The notes under the pieces: model-generated
Databases searched by the model: none
What the model was told of the DNA's origin: nothing
Seen by the model: the letters and a program-made list of their open reading frames with translations, nothing else
Origin: Octopus vulgaris
Lineage: Eukaryota
Direction of reading: 5' to 3'
DNA length: 64,000 bases
Assembly (NCBI GenBank): GCA_951406725.2
Contig: OX597825.1
Coordinates: forward strand, 47,492,001-47,556,000
In this document: one piece after another, positions 25,901 through 38,049 of the stretch
Numbering within the stretch: position 1 is the first letter of the stretch
How the letters are laid out: each line of letters starts with the position of its first letter
Position numbers and translations under genes: made by a program

Positions 25901-26197
25901 TGAAAGTATAAGTTTTACTAGAGCTGTTTGCACAGTACACTCTTTGTGGAATATCTAATTATATAACTAACCAAGGCTACATAGTTACTCGACGTTTTAT
26001 AGAACTGATTTTATATAATTAATGAGAATGTATGACTCCTGATGATATCTGATACAATGGTGAGGCACTCAGCTATTTATAGTACTTCAGTGTCTGATTT
26101 TAAAATTTCCACTTGACTTGAGTATGTGCCTCAGACTCACAAACTTGAGTATGTGCCATGAACTCACAAATGTATTGCCTTTGAGTCATGTAATTTG

Positions 26198-26990
26198 TTT
26201 TGGTCTGTCTATATATTCAGATATTGGCAGCGATGACTCCAACTGTATTAGTTTGATTAATTTATCAGATTGTGACATCATCATTAGACTTAAAGTTAGT
26301 GTTTATAAAACATGATCTGGCGCCCCTAATGTTTGAGTCCGATTATAGATGCAAATCGTGGCATCATCATTTGACATGAAAGTTATGAAACTTGTGATCT
26401 AATAATCCAATTGTATTGGATTGATTTTATAGTTAGATCGTGACAGAATAATTTGAATGAAGTTTGTGAGGACTCCCAAACAATTGGAAGTATCGTCTGA
26501 ACGTTGAATATACACTAGATTCACTACTGTACGGCCGTCAGATCACAAATCTCAAAGACACCAAGTTTCAGTCGAATGATATCACGATCTAACTATGAAA
26601 TCGAACCAATATAGTTGGATTATCAGGTCACAAGTTTCATAGACTCTGACTTTCATGTCAAATGATGATGTCACAATTTGACTCTATAATCGGACCCAAA
26701 TATTAGGGGAGTCAGATCAGAAGTTTTATAGACACCAACTTTAAGTCGAATGGTGATGTCACCATCTCACTAAATAGGCAAACTAATACAGTCGGGGGTC
26801 ATTGCTGCCAATGTCTGAATATATCGACAGACCAAAACTACAAAGCCGAGAAATTACAGGTTTTATAGACAATAAATTTAAGTCGAATGATCTTGTCCCT
26901 GTTGGGCCAATAAAGTAGGGCCATCAGGATCGAGGGACACTAACTTTTAAGTCGAATGATGATGAAACTTTCTGACTATATTCAAACCAA
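26198..26990. repeat. ~80-bp-unit minisatellite-like repeat forming a ~270-bp inverted repeat; related units at 29140-29420
   Basis: Arms about 26198-26468 and 26559-26838 are imperfect reverse complements. Recurring ACTTTAAGTCGAATGATGATGTCAC unit. Confidence 0.8.
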
Positions 26991-27049
26991 TACGCAAGTT
27001 TTAGCGTATTTAATATGGTAATGAACAACGGAAACATTTAAAAACATAA

Positions 27050-28340
27050 AAATATACTGCTATAAATAAAACTGAAAAGTGAGAAAAATATATTGTTAAT
27101 GATATTTATTTATTATAGTAAATATCTGGACAAGACATGAAAGAAAACATGTAAAGGGCAAACCAATAAAATTAGAGATGTCTAATCATATCCTATCTTT
27201 CGAAGTCCCATCATAATATTTTTATGACAAATAAACATTGCAACAAATATCAGGCTATTAAAACTGTTATTTACTACTAAGGTCTTGCAGTTTGCCATCT
27301 TGACCGCAAGTCACTGAAAACCTAGCTGATATGCTGTCAAAGCCGTACAAATCAATCAGTTCAGTTATATAGTGGGCCATAAGGTTTGAAACAATACTTT
27401 AATTTCTCAAACTTCATTACAAAGTACACTGATTCCTAGCAGCATGTTGTATTACAAATTGAGGCGACTCTAGTTTTCTTCAGTTCAGGATATTCCATTT
27501 CTGGAAATTGTCTCCGGAATTCATTTCAAGATTGAGATTCATGGGCCATCATTAGACCCATGTCCACTTGTAATTCATTAGTTCCATTTCCAAAGCAGAT
27601 GATTATATAACCAGAGGTTTCAAAATTAGACAACCATCATTAACTACATCAATAATGAATGGATTTAAAAGAGAGATGAAGCAGGCCATCGTCTTCTACA
27701 AGTCATTGAACCTGGTTTGGAAATTATTAACCAGTCCATGTAATTTATACTTTCACTCTTCCAGTTTGTGGTCTTTTCTTTTTCGTTCAGTATATCACAT
27801 AATATGTTTGCTCTTCTGAGATAGAGAGAATGAAGGAAATACCTTGACAATGTCTGCTTGAAGAGGTTTTATTTTAAGCTGAAAGCTGAAAACTTTCTGA
27901 GTATCTTCAGAAATAATCTTATCCGTCCCTTGGAGTGTCAAGCTGAAAGTTTGTAGGTGATTCATTATATCAGTAAAGAATATCAGATCTTGCATCTATT
28001 CAGCTTTTTCCAGCTGACGATAGAAGCTTTTCTTTGCTATAAAAGTTATAATGGGCTTCAACATTTTCGCATGTTTCTGTGATTTGTTTTATTGTGGCGT
28101 TTCAAGTTACTGGGCTTGTAATGACTAAGTACCATTAGCGGATAAGGCACAAAGATTTACCTCCTTTAATAGTGAATGCAAAATCTTCCTTCTACTCTGG
28201 CTCAAAATGTCTGTTTCTTACATTTTTGTGACGCCATCTTCTTTCGCAAATTTTTCCCAGACACTTATAATGTTATCCAAAGTCTCCCAATTAAGTACGT
28301 ACAGTTGACCAGCTTGTATTACGCTGCGTTAATGTACTAG
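27050..28340 (-). mobile_element. Decayed hAT (Charlie/SPIN-like) transposase remnant
   Basis: DLIFFTDIMNHLQTFSLTLQGTDKII...VFSFQLKI, typical of GTF2IRD2/ZBED-type hAT transposases. Confidence 0.65.
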
Positions 28341-29959
28341 ACACGAGGGCGATCGGAGCTAAACTCATAAAGTCATCTGCGACCAGTCTCTCCCTCCCCC
28401 ATGTACTCAAATATTTAACCGTCTTACCCCTGAGCTGAGCTTTCTAATATTCTTCTGTAATACTTTCTTCCTTAAAATTTTTTAAATGCACCTCCGTCCT
28501 ACGCTCTTTGCACCATTGTTGTTTAGAATCGTTTCTGTTGCTCATTACTGTATGAAAGCCTCCATCATGAAATAAAATTATATAAACTATTGAGTTAGTA
28601 AACGATATCAATATTATTCTAAGTAGATAATGCGACAATGCCCCTGGGAAAAATGAAATGTGAGAGAAAGAGAAGATGCATCAAACAAAATTTCCCATCT
28701 GTTGTCATATTTAAGTGTGTGACACTGCAGCGTGTTTTGAAAGAGAGTGTTGAAAATAAGATTTCACATATGAGCAATATATCCTTATACACTTATATAT
28801 ATCTACCTGGTTACTACCCCAATAAGAAACATGATTAAAAAAGTCAGAGTACAAGACTAAAGTACAAGGATGGGAATTAGAAAGTTTATAACAATTTTAT
28901 ATTTGGATTTATTTGAAATGGTTAAAGATCGGTGTTCACTCTTCCTGCAAAAGTAAGAAAACCGTTACCCCCACATCATTACACTGCAGGTATAAATTCA
29001 TATCCTGTAAATAATTATAAAACTTGAATTTTTTTTATTTAACTTATATATTAACTAATCTAAGATAAAGGACCTCGGCCAACATATTTCCATGAGCCAC
29101 TTATGGATTAGCTACCCTGAAATTGTTGTAGGATCTATAGAGTCTTGTAGACTCTAGCATTAAGTCAAACGAAGATTTCTCTACCTGATTATTCAGTCGA
29201 ACTAATACAGGAGGCCCAACATATCATAAGATTTATCGAAAATAACTTTGTGTGAAGTCATACAGAAGGTCCATCGGATCATAAGACTTATACACACAAG
29301 TCGAATGATGATTCGATGGTCTGATAATATAGTTGGACTAATGCAGTAGGGCCTTAGATCACGTGTTTTATATACACTAACTTTAAATCGAAAGATGATA
29401 TCACTATCTGACCACACGATTTGTTGTCTAACTTTTCAAAGTCTTTTGGATTTGTTAGTGGCATTCAGTATTAGACATATATCTCCTGAAAACATTTTCT
29501 CAAGAAATAATATGTCATAACCTTCAGTCTTGTGCCGTTTCTGAAGATTTTATCTTTAATATTGGGCACACTTGATCCAGGAGCTAGCTTTGCTTTTTAC
29601 TTTCTTCAAGATTATGAAACTAAATGCGGCACACACTATTGGAAATTGATCTATTGCAAGTTATATATCTGTTTTATTTGAGCACCGAAACTACTGTCAT
29701 CTATAAAAATAAAAACCAGTTTAGAAGCCAAAGTTTTACATGTCTTATAGTTCCAGTTGAATCTCCTTAGGTAGCTCAAAGACCTTATCTGATGGTCTAA
29801 ACCTCAGGTGGATACCAAGGTCACATTTTTGAAAAACAAATGAGAAGTATGATGAAGTAAACATGCAGACATGCATGCATAAATACAAAGATACATACAT
29901 ATTTAGATACGTACGCACGTACATACATACATACATACATACATACATACATACATACA

Positions 29960-29990
<31 letters not shown>

Positions 29991-31180
29991 GTATGTGTGT
30001 GTGTGTGCGTGTGTGTGTGTGTGTATACGTATGTATGTTATTAAGTTTTATTTCGAAATATCTTGCCAAGAGAGAAAGAATCGGTTTCTAACATAGGTCC
30101 AAGGCTCCTTCATTGGAATTTCAACAACATCAACAGGGTATTTGCGTGTGTATTTGTGTGCAATATTTGGAGTCCTTGCAAGAAATAAAACATACAGGTC
30201 TAAAGGCTTGTATATTTTGTTTTATGTATACATCCTCATGCATATCGATGCATGTCTAGACATGTGCATACACACTCAAATGCTAAACGTCAGAAAAGAT
30301 TTCTAATTTTTTATAGTTCCACTGATAACTTGAATCTGTAGTTTTAATTAATTAATTTTCTCCTTTCTGATTTTGAGAGACATAATTTTCAGGATTGCTG
30401 CTTAGGCGTGTTACATATCCTAGTCCCCAAATAATTACAGGTATAAACTGAACTTGGAATCCGAGTAGCGTAGCTATAAGTTTCTCAACAGATCAGTATA
30501 GGTGTTTTCTCTTTTTACCAATCTTTAGCTTTATGTTGATATCCACTGGCATCTGTTTTCCTCTACAGTACATAATTTCTCTTCTCTGTCACAAATCCTT
30601 ATGTCTAGTCTATTGTATTTAAATTTTACTGAGGTTTTCACTGGGACATTCAACCAGTACTCTTTCATATATATATATTATACGCAAGGTTGGAGTCACA
30701 GTAGGGATTGTTAGTTTCTGTTCGATGGATCAGTCACATAATCTTCAATGTGCAGTGGCCTTGCTCAAGAATATTAACCAGTAAATTTTTCTAGCTACAC
30801 ATATGTACAGAGCAATGTATCTGTCTTCATGACTTTTAGACGTGTCCACCAAAGAACATCTTTCATCACTGCCACTAGACAAAGGAAAACTATAAGATGT
30901 ACAGAACTGCATATAGCTTTGTGTGAATGTCCCTTAAACTGTACGACTGCATTCAAGTATACTTAGAAGTCGTAAGAATGTAAAAGGAAATTAATCTTGT
31001 GAATTCTTAATTAAAAGCTTTAGTCACTACTTATTTATTTTGTTGTGATAAAGAGCAGATAGCGGAAGAAAAATTAAAACCTAAGAAGTGGTCTGGTAGC
31101 TGCTTCCAAACGATTATTCCATTTATAGTTAATATTACTGGCATTTACTATTGACTGTTCTTTTCTTTTTGTACTTTCAG

Positions 31181-31283
31181 GTATGATACTTGTGAATTAA
31201 ACCTCCACAGAAGTGCTCTAAATACTTGTGTTGTCAAAGGCTTACCAAATGTAAAGAAATATATTACTCGAAAACACAAATAA
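31181..31283 (+). CDS. KLHL10: KLHL10-like terminal coding exon
   Basis: Long polypyrimidine tract plus cAG. Encodes (W)YDTCELNLHRSALNTCVVKGLPNVKKYITRKHK*. The RSAL..CVV.GLPNV C-terminus is characteristic of KLHL10. Confidence 0.93.
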
Positions 31284-31537
31284 TCAGCAATTTCGAAATT
31301 TTTTCAAAATATTTTTCATACAGAAAACTTTTTACTCTGAAGAATCCAGATCTTTTCTAGCTTCAGCTAAGCCATAAATGCTCAAATGTTTACATTATAA
31401 CTCTGTCAACTAAGATTATTATCTTAGGTCCCCTGTTCAGTTAAATTGATTCAATTTTTAGTCGAGTTTATAACGTATCCATAACATTGAACTGTTAGTG
31501 TTTAAAGGGCTCTGACAGATGAATTATTAATGTCTAT

Positions 31538-31543
31538 AATAAA
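31538..31543 (+). terminator. Candidate polyadenylation signal of the KLHL10-like gene
   Basis: AATAAA about 255 nt after the stop codon. Confidence 0.45.
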
Positions 31544-31689
31544 GTAAAAAAAGAAGTTTATAATCTTATATTACTATTTGCATTAGCATTCACATTGAAC
31601 ATCAGACTTCTTAATTACTTGTAAAGTATTATAATAAATGTGTAAAGTATTTATTATTGACAGAGGCAACAACATCTCTGCCTCATGCA

Positions 31690-31772
<83 letters not shown>

Positions 31773-31788
31773 ATACCTACATCTGTAC

Positions 31789-31837
<49 letters not shown>

Positions 31838-31839
31838 TA

Positions 31840-33175
31840 TGTGGGCACAGGACGTCACGAAAAGTGTACAACAAAAAGTACGAAGCACTAGTACATGGAG
31901 CATGAACAACGAAAGACACAAATGGAACAACATGAACAACAACACTTCATGAGTTGTTGGCTGTTTTCTAGTCTCGTATTTCGAGCATTTAACAACAATA
32001 TACGCATTCGATAAAGCAGTTGCTCCCGCAAAGCAAATTAAATAAAATTTGGGATCTTGCGGAGGGTCAAAGTAGGTAATACAAACATGAAGGGCTGCTA
32101 AGCCTAAACGAGGTTGTGGTGGCGAACGCGTAAATCAATCTAAGAAAGGAGACATACAAAAACACGTCTTCCTTGCTCCAGATCCAAAGGAGAGAAAGAG
32201 AGAAATATGGCCGATGGTCACGTGGGATCCACGTGAGCAAGGGAGGAGGAGTAAGGGAGAGGGCGTGACAGAGTAATAGGATAGAATAGTGGGAGAAGAG
32301 GAGATAAAAGAATAAGATAGAGAAGAAGAGAGAAAAACGAAAGAGTAAAAAGATCGTATACAGCGCGCATCAGAATTATTAAGACAAAACTTACCTGGAA
32401 AAGGATGCGTGGCGTTCAATTATATAATATATATGCATATATAAATAATATATATACGCGTATATACATACGTATATGTACACTAATAAGGTGGCTATTA
32501 CACTTTACGTTGTCGAGCGGTTACTGTTTACATCTCGTTCAGAGATTTATTATTGCTATATGTATATATATATATATATATAAATATATATGCATACGTG
32601 GGTGCATGACGTCACAAAATGTGTACAACAAAAAGTACGAAGCATGAGTACATGTAACAAGAAGTATTCTTTCGAACTACGAAAGACACAAATGGAAAAC
32701 AAAACAAACAACATAAAGAACGACCCTTCATCAGTTGTTGGCTGTTTTTCTAGTCTCGTATTTCGAGCATTTAACAACAATATACGCTTTCGATAAAGCA
32801 GCTGCTCATGCAAAGTAAATTAAATAAAATTTAGGATTTTGCGGAGGATCAAAATAGGTAACACACAAACACACACTCAAATACGGACGCAAACGCATGC
32901 GCACCATATTGATACACATCTTAGATGAACAGAATGAAGTATTGGAGCATGAGCACACACGAAAACAAAAAGTGTCGCTGAAATGGTCACACATGTGTGA
33001 CCAAAGATTTCTGGACAATATACATGAGTTAAATAAAAAAAAAAGAATAGTAATAAACGAGTGAAGAACAAATATACAGTGCGTTTGTTTATTTGGCAAA
33101 AGAAATGACCATCACGAAACACAATATCTGTTTCAATATACAAATTCACATCAGGAATCTAGCAACGCAAATTTT
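31840..33175. repeat. Two tandem copies of a (TA)n-anchored dispersed repeat (31840-32090 and 32595-33175)
   Basis: Shared GACGTCAC.AAA.GTGTACAACAAAAAGTACGAAGCA...TAGTCTCGTATTTCGAGCATTTAACAACAATATACGC. Confidence 0.8.
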
Positions 33176-33183
33176 GATAAAGG

Positions 33184-33222
<39 letters not shown>

Positions 33223-33429
33223 AGTTATCGCCATTCTATATTTCTTTAATTTCATGCATGCGCATTGCTTGTTTTTGATTTTATCGACTACACAATATAG
33301 TAGAGTCAGATTGCGTCATGGTGCTGAGAAAAACAGCACTATGACGGAATTTACTCTGCGAGGAATTTGGAAGCGACATGCTTGCCATTCGCGCTAGAAG
33401 CTCCAATACAAACACATATGTATATATTA

Positions 33430-34740
33430 CGGGTATTGGGGTATTACTACCTTCTATGTGTATTTCTTATTTAGCACAGTGGATGTTTCATTTATGATGA
33501 CGTACTCCTGTATTTGCCTGGGTGATGGGTCTTTTGGGTGCTTGGATAAAATTCGTATGTCAAGTCGACCCAGTGTGCCTCGATGTTCGTCTTTGGCATG
33601 CTGGTAGAGTATGGAATACCTTTTTTGTCATCATATTGCCTCAAGTGTATTAATTTAATCTCTTGGCAATACTTCTAGATGTTTTTCAATATATGCCGTG
33701 TTCTTGTCTTTACAAGTAACCTCTATGCACTTTGTGCTTTTCTAGTTCTACAGTTAATGCACTTTATGCCAGGGTTAATCTTACATACCAAGCAGTTTTC
33801 ATTAGTGTATGTAATATTTCCGAATGGGTACGTCCAACGTAACTACAATCTAATGGAGCTCCCTGGCTTTTCAACAATCTTAATGTTGAGTTTGGTCTCC
33901 TTCAGAGTTTTTTTTAAATCTATGGGCTAGTTCCCCATGGGTTGTGACCTCTTCAAACGTAAATCTTTGATATTTGCCAGCCCTGTACCATGTGTTTACT
34001 TCGTTTGTTTTGTCACAAACTCTCTGTATATTATTCTAGTCTTTACTTCTGTATCTAGGACACCACTGGCTTCATTACATATAATGCTAACTTCCTTCTA
34101 GCTCCCCTGTATACACGAATCCTGTCTTTCTGGTCATATGCAGAGAATTGCATGCGGCGCATGAAATTATCTACATATTTCCTTGTTTCATGGGGTTCGC
34201 ATAGAGAGGACATGTTATTCATTATCCGAATTAAGTCTGCTATCAGTAAATTGATTTTCGTATTGTGTGACAAAGCTGAGTTCTTGTAAACGACATGTTT
34301 AGGAGCTATGGGTTCCATGTAATAGGAGTGGAGGAATTGCACTCGGTTGTTTACAGTCTCTAACCAAAGTTCAGTATCAAGGACAGGTAGTCTATTGATA
34401 GGGCACCTCGTGGGGTAATTTATAGTTACCTTGATACTTCGGTGGATGGAGTTAGCTTCATGCTGGATGCTCTCCGCTATGCTCCTCACTGTTTCTACAC
34501 TACATTTACTAGGGTTTGTCCTAGTTATCTACATATCTGCAGTAAAGTAATACAGTTTTGATTGTTTAGCTAGGGACTGTGTAAGTTTTCTGTCCCACCA
34601 GGTCATGAAGAAGTCAACCACGTCTCCACTCATACCGACACCAAGTGCTGTACCTTGAATCTGCATGTATAATTTCCTGTCAAGCTTCACTATGTGGTTC
34701 TTACGCTAGCTCCTATAGTATGTGCAATCATGGTCGTATA
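33430..34740 (-). mobile_element. Decayed Penelope-like element (RT thumb plus GIY-YIG remnant)
   Basis: LPVLDTELW...HSYYMEP...NSALSHNTKINLL...RI (ORF 34055..34489) and KLNIKIVEKPGSSIR, matching the PLE at 143..676. Confidence 0.75.
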
Positions 34741-35099
34741 GGTTATACATAGGTATGTAGGTAAATGGTTATGCAAGTAAACAGATAGATGCATAGGTAA
34801 GTAGATAATAGTTAGGTACGCAGGTAATACAGATAAACAAGCACACACACATACACACACACAAAAGGAGACGGAAGCACATGATCATACACACACACAT
34901 ACTCCACACACAATCATACTCAAAAAGATACATATGGAAACGCACATCCATACATAACAAACGCAAGTACATAGTCACGCAAACCTATATACATAAACAC
35001 ACTCGAACACGCACACACAAGGAGACAAAGGTACACACACAAATACACACACACACGTACCGGTTATTCTTTACTTAAAAGCAAGCAACAACAAATCGC

Positions 35100-37140
35100 C
35101 AAAGGTTTCAAGTAGTGCCTTCACCTGTGATTCAAAGACTTTCCTATCTCGTCCCGCAGTGGTTGGTATTTCTCAATCTTTTCTGTTTCCTTACATTTCA
35201 CCCTCGAAACGCCTAGTATTGCAGCATCTATTATCTTTAATTCTTTTTCATCTTTATGGATGAGCACGATATCTGGTCCTCTCGCCTCTATGACTTGGTC
35301 GCACTGCATGTTAAAATCCCAGGGTATTTTATAATGTTCGTTTTCCATTACTCCCTCTGGTTTGTGTTCACACAATTGTTCGGCTCTCTCGAGGTTTGCT
35401 TTACCGCAAAACAGTCAGTGGACATATCTAGCCACATTGTCGTGTCTCCTTTATATTCGCGTTGTGCGAGCTTACAGCACTTACTAACAATATGGCTTAT
35501 ACTTTTCCCCTTATCAGAGCACATCCTACACTGTGGCGAGTTAATGCTTTTATCATATTTTGAGAGCAAGAAAAAATATGAGTGGAAATGGAACTGTTGA
35601 GTGTGTTAGATAATAAGGCGTTAAGACAATATGACCCTCCCCAAACAACATAATTGTCTTCTTTTTGTCATATTGTCTTCTCCCTTTTGTCACCCAGGCC
35701 GGTACTTGAATGTCAATATTCAGTATGTCGTCCAGCTGTCTCGCAATTCTCCTGTGTAGAGCTGTCAAATTTTTAAGCCAAAGGCCCTGAACCCCATCTG
35801 GGCCAGGTGCTTTCCAGTTAGGAATTTTCCTGCACTGATCTCTCAGCATCCCCTCGGTTATTCTCACTTCCTCCTGCTGATACTCTCCACTCTCCTCTTT
35901 GAGTGTCTTTAGGCATTCTACTTCAGTTTCGTGTTGTTTCTCCTGAGACCATATGTTTGATCAGAATCTTTTACTTTCTTCAGCATCCGGCATGGTTTTT
36001 TCACTATTTTCTTTCCCATCCAGTTCCTGATAGACTCGTTTCTGATTTTATTCGAAAAGTCTGTTTAATCTGTACTGCTCAATTTTCTGTTCATATTTCT
36101 TTAGTTTATGTGCTTTAGCTTTCAACCTCTCTTTTAATTTCTCAATCACAACATTGATTCCTTTTCTTTTCATCCTATACTTCTTCTCTAGCTCAACATA
36201 TTTCTCTCGCGGACTTCATTTCTCTTTTTCAGTTCCAGAGTATTAATATGCTTTCTGGCCTCGTTTTCAGACTGTGTCATTCTCCTATTCCAACATGGTT
36301 CCTTCAGGTTATGTTGACATTTGCCTTTGGTTTTTAAACCTAACTTTCGGGCTATAAAGATTGAAATTTTATTTATCAGATTGTTGGTGTCTGTGATGTT
36401 GTCAGTCCTGATATCACCAGTCATATTATTTATCTTCCTGACCCATTCATTGAGTTTCCTTCTGTTTGCATTTTAAACCCCGCATGAAAGTTCTGTTCAC
36501 CAGAGGTCCAAATATCAATGATTTCATTAAAAATGGATATTTGTTCCTCGGTTCTCTCATCGCTTTCCTGATCAATAATCTTAGCCTCATTCTCGTTTTC
36601 TTTCTTTAACTCCACTGCCATAGTTTCACTATCTGCATTCTCTTCCTCATCCTTCGTTCACCGCTGATCTTACTATCCCTAAGCACCCGTCTCTTAATGC
36701 TTTCTACTTCAACTGGAGATAACCATTCATTCTTTCTAATGGCTGTAGCTTGGTCACACAGCTTTTTATCACTTAATTCAAATAGGCCTCTGTCGCTCCA
36801 TGCCTTGTGCATTCTTTCCCTAAATCCCCTAGCGGGTACTTCATTGTTATTTCTCGGATTAACCTTATTCATTTCTTTCGTCTATCTTCTTTTAACAATT
36901 GCTTCATGACAACTAGGCCCATGCTATTCACCCGCGGGGCACCCGCCAGGTGAGAGACCTTCACAAGTTGTTCCAGCCTCATTCACACCGTTCTCATTTC
37001 ATTTGAAATTTTAGTACTCATGATGAGGGTTAGTGAATGTTAGGATGCACAGCCACCAGTATTTTTTTCCGTGACACCATCACTTAGATGATCTCCATCC
37101 TAGGATTTAGGATTCCTGTAATCCTGGTTTAACTTTTGGA
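35100..37140 (-). mobile_element. Decayed, internally deleted R4/Dong-clade LINE
   Basis: N-terminal RGFRERMHKAW...LCDQATAIRKNEWLS; NWKAPGPDGVQG.WLK; CRMC..KGKSISHIVSKC; RLE region PDIV...IIDAAI...EKIEKYQ. Confidence 0.85.
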
Positions 37141-37720
37141 GTCGCGTGTGGGACGGATCCGTCTGTCGGTCGAGTCTGTAGTGATGATCGTACTCCTGCC
37201 TCCTTCAATCGGTCAGGCAAATCAGTTTTCCTTTGCCTAGTGGCAGTGATGAAAGATGTTGTTTGGTGGACACGTCTAAAAGTCATGAAGACAGATACAT
37301 TCCTCTTTGGTAGATATCTCTTTGACTTTATGTTTCACTTGAAAAGGAAATTGAGAGTTGAAGAGGGAACTGCTGTCCTCGAGTGAGTTTATTGAAAAGT
37401 GGGTGAAAGTTGTGAAAATGGCAAGAGTGCATAGTAGTTCTCTACGTGTAGACCTGTGAGTTGGATAGAAGGAATTAGAGAGGGCACTTGCTCCTTGGGT
37501 TTCAGGGAAGGCTCGGACAGGGAAGCCTTCCTATATCAGAAGGGCCACATCCTCCCTTCCACTTTTTGTAAATCTATGCATATGTCCTTTCTTTTTCAGT
37601 GTATAACATGTATACTTGCTTTCATTTTTATTTTATCGTTTTATCATTTCATTATATGTAAAACCCCACACTTTATGTCTGACTTTCTATTGTCCCCCTC
37701 ACCCCTCACCTTTGTGGCAA
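37140..37720 (+). mobile_element. Tx1/L1-clade LINE 3' fragment
   Basis: RVGRIRLS...VFLCLVAVMKDVVWWTRLK...LKRKLRVE. AATAAA near 37720. Confidence 0.7.
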
Positions 37721-37776
37721 ATAAATTAAATCCTCCTCCTCCTCCTCCTCATTATTATTATTATTATTATTATTAA

Positions 37777-37837
<61 letters not shown>

Positions 37838-38049
37838 GTTGTTGTTGTTGTTGTTGTTATTATTATTATTAATTGCTGCGAAACACATTGGACGTGTTTT
37901 CGAATGCTCCAAGTAAATCCAGTTAAAAATATTTATTTATATCAGGATTAGTGTCTTTTTGCTGTAATTATTTTATTCTAAGTTGTGAATAGAAACACCA
38001 GGAACCTGTTACTGGTTTTGTATGGTTGTTTACCAGCCAGAGGGGCGAT

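Noticed and set aside
30480-30900. Possible Copia-like RNase H remnant on the - strand (RLDI...QWIST)
   Set aside because: The similarity is too weak without a profile search.
33302-33357. Hairpin considered as a SECIS element of a selenoprotein-encoding PLE
   Set aside because: No correctly placed AUGA...AA...GA quartet on the PLE strand.
36990-37140. HDV-like ribozyme at the 5' end of the R4/Dong element
   Set aside because: A CTAACCC motif is present on the - strand, but I could not assign P1/P2/P3 pairings.
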